Positions 46,795-58,612 of a stretch of 64,000 nt of DNA are shown in pieces. The stretch's first letter is position 1. The number at the start of each line of letters is the position of its first letter. This stretch comes from Prorocentrum cordatum (taxonomy: Eukaryota), in contig CAUYUJ010000192.1 of assembly GCA_963575745.1 (NCBI GenBank), forward strand, positions 496,001-560,000, given 5' to 3'. The notes below the pieces were generated by a model. It did not search any database. It was given only the letters and a program-made list of their open reading frames with translations, and was not told where the DNA came from. The position numbers and the translations under genes were made by a program.

Positions 46795-49700
46795 TAAAAC
46801 AGGGCTAGGATCGGGATAAATCGCTCCAGAGCGTTCCGGAGCGCTCTCAGAGCGTTCCGGAACGCTCTGGAGCGGCCGCGGCGCCCAATACATCCTCCAA
46901 ACCCGCCGATTCTCAGAGATTTCGAGTTATCCCGATCCGATTTTGTCCCGGTCTTCGCGTCGTTTTGACAGGCCCGACTCAAACTTGGAGCAGCGCTCCT
47001 CGAGGTGGCCCGGGGCCGGCCCCGTCGCCCGACGGGACGCGGGCGGGCGGGCAGGCGCGGGGGCGCACGCGGCCCCGCCGGGGCCTCGCGCGCTTCCGCG
47101 GGCTGCCTCCGGGTTTTTTTTTCCAAGGAGTTCTGGAGAGCTTGCAGGGAGGAGGAGGAGGAGGAGGAGGAGGAGGAGGAGGAGGAGGAGGAGGAGGAGG
47201 AGGAAGAGGAAGAGGAGAGCGCGGAGAAAGAGTAGGAGGGAGGAGGAGGAGAGCGCGGAGAAAGAGTAGGAGGGAGGAGGAAGAGGAAAGGGAGAGAGGA
47301 GCAGGGGAAAGCACGAGGAGGACGCGGAGAGGACGAGTAGGACTGGGAAACAAGGGAGGAAGACCTTGTTATGGGGGAGGCATGAATACATCGACTCATC
47401 ACTATGTCGTTGGCCTAAGTCATGTTCGTGTTCGCTGGTTCTTCTCTGCACATGTCTCTCTCTCTCTCTCTCGCTCTCTCTCTGACACTATGTCTGTTTC
47501 TCTCTCTCTCTCTGTCTCTCTCTTGTTCTCCTGATGTCTCGACACATACGTATACATACACACATATACACATAATCATCCAAACGCAGTATCGGTCACC
47601 CCCGTGATCCGTAGCACCAAAAACATTAACTTAATTCCCGATGGAGTGGAAATCCGAGCGATACCTGTAGCACCAAGAACAATGAAGGAATTCTTCAGAA
47701 GCAGCGGATGTCTGGGAACTTTCAAGAAACTGTCAGGGATCCTGCGAAACTCTGGAGGGATCCTGCAGGAACTGGTGGGAGTCCAGGAACCCTTCAAGGA
47801 CCACTATGGGTTTCTTAAGAATCTTCCCGATTCAATTGCAGGAGCCCTCAAAATCCGAAAAATATGTCAGGAATTATTCAAGAATCATTCGAAGATCTTC
47901 TAGACAATCTGTTGGAACCCGCAGGAATCCGTCATGGATCAACCTGGAACCCTTAGCGGGACGCGGCCGCGCAGGTGAAATTTCAACTAACGATGTGCGC
48001 CTTCGCTGGACGACCTAAGTCCCCAATTGATTGTGAAGGTAAAATGGGCAATAGCGGCGAAGAGGAGGAAAAAGAAGAAACGGAGAACAAGGTGGAGTGC
48101 CTTGTCCGCTACTCGCAAACATATACGTTTTACGCCCGATCCCTGCCCTAGCAAGACACTCAACGCAACACGCACGGAATCGAGAACACGCCGGGCTGAA
48201 ATGTTCCCATTGCGGCCCGACGAAGTCCTGGAGACTCCTGCGGAATTCTGAAAATTCTTGAAGGATGTCTGGTTAATTAACTAACTACTCCTGGGGTTCC
48301 TGAATTTTCCGGGAGATTCCGCTGGATTCCTGCAGGGTTCTTGAAGGATCCCTGCATGATGCCTGAAAGAATCCTGAAGGATTGCTGGTAGTAATTGCTT
48401 CCAGGATCTGCGGACTTCGGCGGGTTCCGTATGTCTTCAATTTCTAAAGAGGGGTCCTGAAAACTCTGGAAGGAGTCATGCGAATTTCAAACGGGTGCCT
48501 GAAGATTCCTGCCAATTTCTGGTAGGGTTCCGAAGGATTCCCGAGGATTCCTTTGGATTCTGAGCGTTTCGTGAAGACCCCAGAATTGCCCTGACGGTCA
48601 GGCAATCTGAGGTACAGGCCGGTCTAGGTTGACTCAGCTGTCTTGGGCGATCTTGGGTAAGCCGTCTTCGACTGTCTCGAGCCGTCTCGAATTGGGCTGT
48701 CTTGGGACCCGAGTGCTCCTCTTATTGCTTTGAGTTGTCGCACGAAGTTCTGTAGCGAGCGGACGCGATGCCTGTGCCACGAACTACACAGCAACCAGGG
48801 CACCTTCCTGGCCACGGATGTCCCCCACCCCACCCCACGCACACATCCTCCTCCCTAAACAATTCAGAATCCTGCAGGTCTGCAAACCCAACCATGAAAT
48901 AAGGCATTGTGACGCTCCCGCGTTCTCTCGCGCGCGTGAAATAAATAATAAATAGCACATGAGCAAGCTAGCATCGAAACTGACTGGTGAAAGACAAGTA
49001 TCCACTCACATTTCGAGGACCCCAACTTGAACTAATGTAGTGGGTCAGATATGGCTCCTTTGTTTCTCGCACGTACAGGTGCGCACGCGCGCGCAATCCA
49101 AAAACCCAACTGGGAATGGCCAACATAGTTTCGAAACCTGAACAGTGGAACGCAACTAGTTTTACTCATGATCGAAGGGCCCCAACGTGAACGCACGCTT
49201 GCGACGCCATGTGTTACTCGCGCGCACATGCGCACGGGCACGTGCGAGCAAGAAGGAAGCGTAGTGTGACACACTATGTAAGTTTCATGTTGAAGGCCTC
49301 ACACTAATGGTGACACACTTGGTTATTCACTACTGCGCTTTCCAAGCAGAGATGCCCATCCCCTACGGGTTTGAAATTGCGCGCGCGAGAACGCGCGCGC
49401 GCAATTAGAAACGCGCCGACTGTCACACTATATCGTATCGTGTTGAGGCCTAAGGCACGAATGAGACAATTGGAGCTTTGTGCGTGACGCGAGGTTTTCT
49501 CATGGCACCGTGAGGTTTCGCATAGTGCACGCAAATGCGCGCGCGGGAGCGCGCGACAACAGCACGAACATTCGCGGCTGGCTACAATCAATCATGCCCT
49601 GCCGAGGCTCTACATCCGGATGGCATGCTGGTTTCTCTCATGCATTTGTCGAACTACAGTTGGTCATCTCCCATTGACTATCTCGTGGGCGCCGCGAGCG

Positions 49701-52258
49701 CGTCCATGGACGTTGTTGGGTTCTGCGTTGTCCACGGTCGATTACGTGTCATGCTGGCGTGGAAACGAACATGAACCCTTACCGGTGACTGTTAAGGCCC
49801 AGTAAGACGAACGGCGCGCTGACCCCACCCTTCGCAACAGGAGGTGCGTCGCGCATTCGTCGCCCGTGCGCCGCCCGTGCGTCGGCCGCCGAAAAGGCCA
49901 GCCGCCCTTTCGAACGCGCGCGTCGCCCTCGCAAAGGGGCAATTCGGTGAGTGCGTCGCCGGCGCGGCGGACACCCGCGGGGCGGATCGCACGCGCGTCG
50001 CCCTCTCCACGGCCGCTGAAAAGGCCGGACGCTCTCGGGAAAAGAAAGTCGCCCACGCTGCGGCCCTCTTGGCGAGAAGAACACGGCCGCTGGGTTACCT
50101 CGGAAGATCAACAAATCCCTCTAACATTACAAATGCAGCGATGCTGCTGAACGCACCCCGGCGTTAGGCCAGCAGGTCCCCGCAGCCGCCGCAACCGCCG
50201 CCAGCGCCAAAACTACCACCGCCACGATCACCACAAACGGATGCGACCGCAACCACGTCCACCGCGACGATTACGACCAACACCATTTACCGCCATCACC
50301 ACCGCCACGACCACCACGCTTCTCGCGACCACCACAACCACCGACACCAGCACGATCACCGACGCGACCACCACCAGCCCGCCCACCACCAGCGGCGCGA
50401 CCGCCGCCAGCGCGACCAAGGCGACGAACGCGACCACGACCATAATCACCAACATGGCCATTACAGAAGCACCCGCCCACTCCGTCCTCCCCCCTATCCC
50501 CCCATCCCCCTGCCGGGCCGCCCTTGCCGCTGCGCCCGCCTCGCGCCCCTGCCCCCCCCCCCCCCCCCCTCCTTTGCTCCTCGTGATCTTCCTCTTCCAC
50601 CGCCAGCGGCGGGGCCGTTCGCGGAAGGCGGGGGCGCCGCTCGCGGCGACGCGCCGCGGCCGTGGAACGGGGGCCGAAAGGGAAAGAGAAAATGAAGAGG
50701 GACACGAGCGGCAAGGGGGGGGGGGGGGGGGACAAACAAAAGACGAGAGGGGGGGGGAGGGACAGACAGAAGGAGGTCGGGGAAGAGAGAGGGAGACGAG
50801 GCAGGAGGGAGGACGAAGGAGGAGGAATGACGAAAGAGGAGGGACGACGAGGAAGAATTAAGGAAATAACAAAGGCAATTGCCGCCCTTCCTGGCGCAAT
50901 GGAGGACGCCGCCGCCGCCACTTGTGAACAGCGCAAGCACGGCGGGCCGACGGCCGTTGCGCATTGCTGTTCGGTGAAACTCTAGGGTCGGGCAAAGTCG
51001 CGACTGCGTCGCGCATGCGTCGCGCGTGCGTCGCGCGCGTGTCGCGCGTGCGCCGCTCGTGCGTCGCGCGTGCGTCGCGCGCGCGTCGCGCGCGTGGCGC
51101 GCGCGTCGCGCGGGTGGATCGTGCGTCGCGCGCTGGCAGGGATGCGTCGCGCACGGGTCGGGGTGCGTCGCGCGCGCGTCGCGCGGGCGTCGCTCGGGTC
51201 GCTCGCGCGTCGCGCGCAGGTCGCGCGCGAATCGCTCGGAGGGCGCCGTGGACTTCTGACGGCATTTGAACTGCGCGGCCCGCTGGCGAAACAATCAAGG
51301 GATGCGCGCGGCAATCGTAGAAATAGCGAGACACGAACGTGAGAACTACGAACGCGAGGAGACCAATAAACGACATGGAGATGCAGCGCGTGCGAACTAA
51401 TCCATTTCAAGCGCACGCCCCGTCAGAATTTGAACATCGGTTCGTCGCTGCAGCAATTTGGCGACGTCTCGCCCGCCGACGCATCGGGGGGGGGGAAAGA
51501 TGGAAGTGGGGCGAGGGAAGGGCGGGCGGAAAAGGGAACGGAAGGGCGAGGGGGGGGGCGCGCGGGGGCGGCGCAGCGGCGGCGGGAGCGATGGAAGGCG
51601 ATCGAAGGGGGGCGGCGGGGGCGAGGGGGGCGAGAAGAAGTCCCAGGAGGGTGGGAGGACAGCGGGGGGCGAGTAGGGAGGCGGACACGACGACAGCCTG
51701 ACGCAAAATAACTGAATACAAATTTCGCAAACGGGACAAAACGCGCAGCGCGTTGGACGGGGCGAAGAGGAAGGAAGAGGGGGGGGGCAGGAGGATTGGC
51801 GCGAAACGACATGGGGGTGCGGGGCGCTATGCGACGGGGCGAAGTGGCGCCGCGTCGCGCGATGTGACGTCACCCCCGCCGTGGCGCGACACGCGCCGCC
51901 CCCAATCAACGCGAGGCGTCTTCGCCCTCAGCAACGGTTGGCGCCCCCGAAAATGCGCGCCAGCATCCTCTTGCGCCGAATTGAAAACAGAACGCGTTGG
52001 TGGACCGTCGAACTAGAGTGCGCCGCGACCGCCAAAACGGCTGCTGGTGCACCGGCGTCGAAAACCTACAGATCGCCAGAGAAATTCCGAAATCGCGCCA
52101 TGTCGCCCACGCACTCTGGGGGGCCGGGATTCGGGGCAGAGACGCAAACCAGGGCCGGTGCACGGGCGACGCTCGGGCGACGCACTGAACGAAACTTGGG
52201 GGGGGGGGTCGCTTGACTGGGCCTCAACACCGGTGACCGAACGGATCTCGGGTGACAC

Positions 52259-52450
52259 TCGGGAGCGGCCAAGAGGGGGGTGTCCAAGAGGGGGGGGTGC
52301 AAATCATGGCCGGCGGCGCGTGCGCGGCCCAGCGGGGGGGCCGGGGACCTGATGGAATGAGAAGGCGCCGTGAAATCTGGGGAAGTATCATGGCCCGCGC
52401 GATGATATCCACCCACCCCTAGTCATCAAACCCCTCTTTGCCGCCCCCGA
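52259..52450. mobile_element. MITE family A copy 3 (TSD decayed: GACAC/GAAAA)
   Basis: TCGGGAGCGGCCAAGAGGGG ... CCCCTCTTTGCCGCCCCCGA. Confidence 0.85.
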
Positions 52451-52959
52451 GAAAACGAACATGAACCCTTGCTGGTGACCGAACGCAGCTCGGGTGACAG
52501 GCGCGCCCACCGCGTGTCCCAGAATCAGAATAGGGGCAAGCGCGCGCGCGCGGGGTGCCGACGCTGGGAGCGGCGGGGGGCGCTTGCACAGTCCAGTCAT
52601 CCTTCCCTCATCCTCGTGCTGCTAGCCGCGTCCTCCTCCGCATCGTCTGCATCGCCATCGCCATCGCCATCACCAGAATCATCAGCACCAATGTACCGCT
52701 CGCGGTTAGCAATATCTGCAGACTTCGTTACGCCATGGCGTTCACGGATAGAAGATGCAAGTCGTCTGCCCCGTGTATTACTCCCTGTGTGAAACATGTT
52801 GTTCGTTCAAAACATGCTGCGCTTCCTATAGAGTCACTTGCATATCCTGCGCACCAGGTTGAATCGCCAAATCCAAACAAGTTCCAATTGCACAATGGTA
52901 AGTTTCAAATTACACCTGAGAACACCCAATCAGTGGATGATTTGAAAGTTAATACAATG

Positions 52960-53325
52960 GATCTTGAGATCGATTGTGAGATCGATTGCGAGATCGATGC
53001 TGGAATCGATAGCGACGACGATTATGAGGTCGATCGTGAGACCGAAAGTGAAATCGATTCAATGAGATCGATAGTGGGATCGATCGCGAGATCGCTCATG
53101 CGATCTCTAGCGAGATCGCTTGTAAGATCGGTAATGAGATCGATTGTAGAATCGGTGGTAAAATCAATAGAAAAATGGGTAATGAAATCGATGGTGAGAC
53201 ATATCTATAAAACAAATCTAACACAAACCCGGGAACCCGGGAACCGCGCCGCCCTCCGAACCCGGAACCGGGAACCCGGAACCGGGAACCCGGGAACCTG
53301 GAACTGGGAACCCGGGAACCCAGCG
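52960..53325. repeat. Degenerate 12-bp GAGATCGAT-type repeats followed by (GGGAACCC)n
   Basis: Read directly. Confidence 0.8.
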
Positions 53326-55676
53326 TGCGACCAACATCGGCGGAAAACTTTCGCAAAATCCTTCAACTTCCGCGAGGACGTGTAAGTAAGAATCCTCAGG
53401 GAGCCCCCAGAACCCTGACGAATCCTGCTGGCATCCCGTACGGACCTCCAAGAGTTCAGCATGAATCCACAAGAACTCTTCGGAAATCATTCTGACATCC
53501 TCAGGCATCTTCGGGAACCCCCAAGAAATTTCAAGAATCCTCGAGAATCCCGCAAGAAACCTGCAAGAATCCGATTGAAATCTGGTTGGGGTCTTGATGT
53601 GATCCTATTCTGATATCGGTGGGATCCCGCACTGAGTGAGGGTTCCGGTGGGGGAATACCACTTCCAAGGGCGGGTCAAAATGAAGTTTCGCCGAAACGG
53701 GAGGAGGGTTCGATCATGTGGTTCGGCATGTATATATATATAAATATGTTATAAGGTGTATATAAATCCACACAGCATATGTAATGCGCCATGCGCTCTG
53801 TTTCCGAACATGCAAAAGCATACGTTATGTTCCTTCCACGACCTATCACCAACCTTCCTCGAACTTCCGCCGCATGAATCAACATGGCTTTTGCCGCCTC
53901 CTCGAAATTTCACCCAACTTGCCCCAACTTCCGCCCATACAAATAGCGACGCATTTGCTTGCGTACCACATTCTTCGACACTCGCATAAAACACCCGTAA
54001 CCGGAACGGAATATACCCGTGCAGCGTCTGCACCCTGCACGCGTACAACTGCACAAGCTGAAACCCCAAACCAACACACATACTACATGCCCACAACCTT
54101 TTTTTTTACAAAAAAAAATGCAACAGTGCAGCCGTGCACCCTACAACCTGCATTGGGCCAATACTCAACCATGTGACCTGAAACGTGCAAGTTCGAGCCA
54201 CCACAAAGAAAAACACTTGCCCCAACTCTGTATAGTCTGCAACGTCACATCGCTCGGTGATGGAAGGAGCCTCCAAGACATGTGGAATTACATGGGCAAG
54301 TGTTTTGTTTGGTCGTCAACCCCGCCGCCAAATATGTGGTTTGTGCAAAAGTGCCAGGGATGAGGTAAAACCAATGTCGGGAATGCACTGGATGATGTTG
54401 CTGTCGCGTGGTCTGGCGTCGACGAGACATGTTAAACAGCCATGTGGTCTGTGTGACTCGAATAGCTCGGTACACCAGGTAACGCCGAACCAACATATGA
54501 AATCACACGGGGCAATATACGAAACACGTCCGAAACACGTCCTGCAAGCAAGAGGCGGCAACAATCAAACTTGGCAGCGGGAGTAGCCACAACAGAGCCT
54601 CAGGCACCGCGTCGCGTAACCTCGCGATCCGCTGAAAGGAGCCAGGCAGGGAGACACCGATGAAGGGGCCAAGGGACACACACATAACCAGACACAAGTT
54701 CTAGGTTCCCTCATGGTTTTCATATTCACGGGATGTTCGTTTTCCCCTTCCACTGCCTACATGTGTAAGATGTTCGTGGGAGTCTACGTGTCGTTTTGCC
54801 TGTGTCTGTGTATCCCGCCTAAACCGAACTTCGCGCACCGCACGTGCTCAGGACTGTGCGAAGCGCATGCCTCTTCGCAGCCTCGCGCCGCCCCCTGGAG
54901 AAGGCCAGCTGTCCGACCCGGCCCGCACGCGCGCGCAGCCCTGTCACCTCTGCGGCCCCGCGGGGGACCTCGGAGCGGTAGACTGGCGATCGGCCCCCGA
55001 TCTGGACCCCCCCGCACGTTCCTGGGGCAGGCTGAGGTAAAGGCTGCAAAGAGGTAGGCGTGCTGAAGGCCTTGCCTCTGCCGACGCGCCAATGGCGCAA
55101 AGCCCCTAATCAATTAAATAAGTAAGCCGAAAGAAGCAGGGGCACCCGGGCCCAGATCGGCCAGGCATCGGCGATCGGCTCCTGCAGGCGGATCTCGGAA
55201 GGAAAACCATGAAGAAAACCACAAGACAAAAGCAAGCATAGTTAGATGTGGTTGTTCAAACAGAAACCGTCACCAAACCATGCTGTAACTACGTGTTGAA
55301 TGCTCCTCCTGTAGAAGGAGATGCCTGACTTAACATTACGGGTCGATAAGCGTCTCGGCGTTGAACAAACCTCCCTGTAATAAACCACCCCTTGGCGAAA
55401 ACGGCCCAGGACCAAAACCGACGGACCCGGACGCGCAAAAATGACGGCCGCGACGCCCTCTCGCGAACCGAAAACGGCCACTTCGCTAATCGACGTGTCA
55501 GGAAAGGAGGTCCATCAACCTCTGAGCGTCGCCCCCCGCCCCGGGAGCTAGCCCCCCCGCTGCCGCCGCTCCAGACCGCGCCGCGCGCCGCCCTCCGAGG
55601 CCGCGCCGAGCCGAGGCCCCCACGATCGGCCCCAGTATGGACTCGTTGCTCCTCCTCCGCGGCAGGGACCCCGACT

Positions 55677-55859
55677 TCGCCAGGCTCTGGCCAGTGATGG
55701 GCCTGTTTTCCACCACCACCACCACAAGTTGGATGGGGGGGAAGGACGTGGAGGACGAGGAGGAGGAGGTGGAGGAGGAGGAAGAGGAGGACCCCCTCCC
55801 CCTCCAACTCATGGTGGTGGTGGTGGAAAACACGCCCATCATTCGCCAGGCCCTGGCCA
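55677..55859. mobile_element. Hairpin MITE with ~55-bp TIRs
   Basis: GCCAGGCTCTGGCCAGTGATGGGCCTGTTTTCCACCACC ... GGTGGTGGAAAACACGCCCATCATTCGCCAGGCCCTGGC. Confidence 0.75.
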
Positions 55860-56415
55860 GGACTCGCTGAAAGTCCCAGGACGGGCTGGCTAGGTGCGAG
55901 CTCGGGTTCGACAGGGAGGGGCCTCTTCACGGCGCTCCGAGTCGATGGCCCCCGGCACGCGAGTCGGCGCTCCAGCGTGTGCCCGTCCGCCGAGGCCCGT
56001 GGGCACGACGCGAGCGGACACGCGCTGGGCTGACACGAACGCTCTGAGTGCTGCCGATCCGGCAGCGACACACCGTACACGGCAGGTTACGTGCGGCCTC
56101 GGCGTGCGCAGAGGGTTCTGGACACCGCGCCGATCGTTTTCGACCTTGAATCGATCGCGGCCCCGCTGGTTCCAGGTTGCATGCCGTCGGGCGCAGCGGC
56201 GATGCCGTGTCCCTCGGCGCTTCCGCGACGCAGAATTCAACCTGGAACGCCCTCGCTGGCGTCGCCGGCGCGCCAGCGCCGCACGGGCCTGCCGTACCCT
56301 TGGACGTTCAGACGCCCAGCACGGCCCGCCCCGACGGAGCCTGGGTGGGGGGGGAGAACACCGCGCAGACATTCATGGCCAGAGGTCAATGAGGATTTCT
56401 CGTGTCGGCCCTGGA

Positions 56416-56609
56416 TTTGGACGCCCGAAATGGGTACGGAAAGAATGGGTACAATCCCCAAGAGCAAATGTTGTCCCAAACCATCAGCGGCCGCTGTTGG
56501 GCAGGCGGCCTCCTGTCTCGAATGGACAAAGGCCGCGGCGGCGCGGACAGCGAGTCCTGTTCAATGGGCATTGTGCCCATTCTTTCCGTGCCCATTTCGT
56601 TCGTGCAGA
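56416..56609. mobile_element. MITE family C intact copy, ~40-bp TIR, 5-bp TSD CTGGA
   Basis: CTGGA|TTTGGACGCCCGAAATGGGTACGGAAAGAATGGGTACAAT ... ATTGTGCCCATTCTTTCCGTGCCCATTTCGTTCGTGCAGA|CTGGA. Confidence 0.9.
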
Positions 56610-57342
56610 CTGGACCCCTGTCCCCAGACCCCTGCCCCTGGCGCGCGGAGCGCGCGGGGGCCTGGGCTGACCCAAGAAATGCGCGCTCGGCTCCGAGAAC
56701 TTCTGCCCACCGGAGCCGTCCCCTGTACGCCCGTCGCGGGGAAATGGGCGCTGGGCGACTCGCCCTCGCCGTGTTCCCTGAGATCCTGCGTCACACAAAA
56801 AAAATGCGGCATCGCAGAGAACAGACAGAAGCATTCCTGGACCAGACCCTTGGCCCGAGACCCAGGCTCTCTGCGGCGTGTCTCAAGCCTGATCGAACCG
56901 CGAGGATTCAGGGGGCCTGCGCTCGGGCAGAACCGCCTGGTGTGAACAAAAACTGCGATGCCAAGATCTCAGGGCAGGAGAGCCCAGAATCGAATCGATA
57001 AGTCGCAGCCCACATCGGAGTCCGAAATCGAATCGAATCGCAATCGGAAGCCCTCGGCAGCGAATCGCATCGAATCGGAGGAATCGAAGTGGCCCCTGCA
57101 GGATGCCAACCCTCGCTGCCGAACCGATTTTTTGACGGTTCCGGGAGAGCGTTTCTTTATGCTCGGCGATGACGGGCGTCATGGGGGGCGGGGGGGGCGG
57201 GGAGGGGTATGACGTAACGCCCCCCCCCGCCGTGTGGTTCCGGCACCACAGCCGCGCCCGCGCGCACGACGCGACGAGCGACGAGCGACGAGCGACGAGC
57301 GACGAGCGACGACGACGACGACGAGGACGACGCGAGCAAAAT

Positions 57343-58358
57343 GGAGGTGGCCATACGCCCCACTGCGCCTTTGTACACATCGCTCGCGTGCACCACAACG
57401 CGCGCGAACACCACAACACCTGCGTACACCGCAAGAACCGTGTGCAACGCAGCGCTTGTGTACACCACAGTGCTTGCGTACAGTACAGCGCCGGTGTACA
57501 CGTTTACACCACAGCAACCATGTGCAACAGAGCGCCTGTGTACACCACAATGCTTGCGTGCACCGCAGCGCCTGTGCACGCCACAGCGCCTGTCTACACC
57601 ACATCCGCGTGCAACGCAGCGCGACTGTACACCAGTGCCTGCGTGCAGGACAGTGCTGATAATCGAACGACGTTGTTCCCTCTTCCCTCCTCTTCCACCT
57701 CCACATCCACCTCCACCTCCTCCTCCTCCTCTTCCTCCTCCTCCTCCTCCTACTCCTCCTGTTCCTCCTCCTTACCGCCTGTCGTGCGGGGCGGCGCTAC
57801 AGAGCACGTGCGCAATTCAGCGCGCAGTGCACCGCATAATGGTCTATTGAATCTGTCCACTTGGTTCTCGCACGGCCAATTTCGCTGGAGCCTCCTGGAG
57901 GCAGATGGGAGAAGTTAGGGTGATGCGGGCGGACTCGGGGGAACTCGTAGATTCCAGCGGCGCTCCTTTGTCCATAAGGATTCCTTTGTATTGCTGTTTG
58001 TGGAATCCACAAGCGCTCCATTTTGTCATACGGATTCCTTCTAACATTCGATATGCAAGTGTGGCGCTGTGTTGCACACGGTTGCTGTGGTGCACATAGG
58101 CACCGTGGTGTACTCAGGCACTCCAATGCACGCAGGCATTATGGTGTGCACTGGTGCTGTGTTGCACACGGCTGATGTGGTGTACGCAGGCGCTGCGGTG
58201 TACACAACAGCTGTTGTGCCCGCGGGCACGGTGGCACAAACTGACGCTGTGTTGCACGCGGCTGCCGTGGTGTACATAGGCGGTGTGGTGTACACAGGCG
58301 CTGTGGTGCACGCAGGCACTGTCGTGTACACAGGCACTGTGGTGCAGATCGCCACCTA
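57343..58358. mobile_element. Foldback element: oppositely oriented arrays of an 18-bp unit (GTGTACACCACAGCGCCT) around a ~400-bp core
   Basis: Array 57370-57655 is the reverse complement of array 58060-58350; ends GAGGTGGC / GCCACCT. Confidence 0.8.
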
Positions 58359-58539
58359 CATGCTTGTGCTACCCGTCCTCCGTCATTCCTAGGCATTCCC
58401 AGGCGCCGCCGGCGCGAAACATGATGTCATCGACCCCCTCCACACCCCCTCAGATGATTGCCGCGTTCGGCCCGGAACAAATAACAGGCTCCAGCCGCGT
58501 CCGTGCGCACGACGACGATGAGCGACGAGCCACGAGTGA

Positions 58540-58612
<73 letters not shown>

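Noticed and set aside
53740..54600. Decayed gene or transposase in an AT-richer stretch
   Set aside because: No recognisable motif in any frame
58069..58392. Hexapeptide-repeat (beta-helix) protein ORF
   Set aside because: It is the translation of the 18-bp array of a foldback element, mirrored on the other strand
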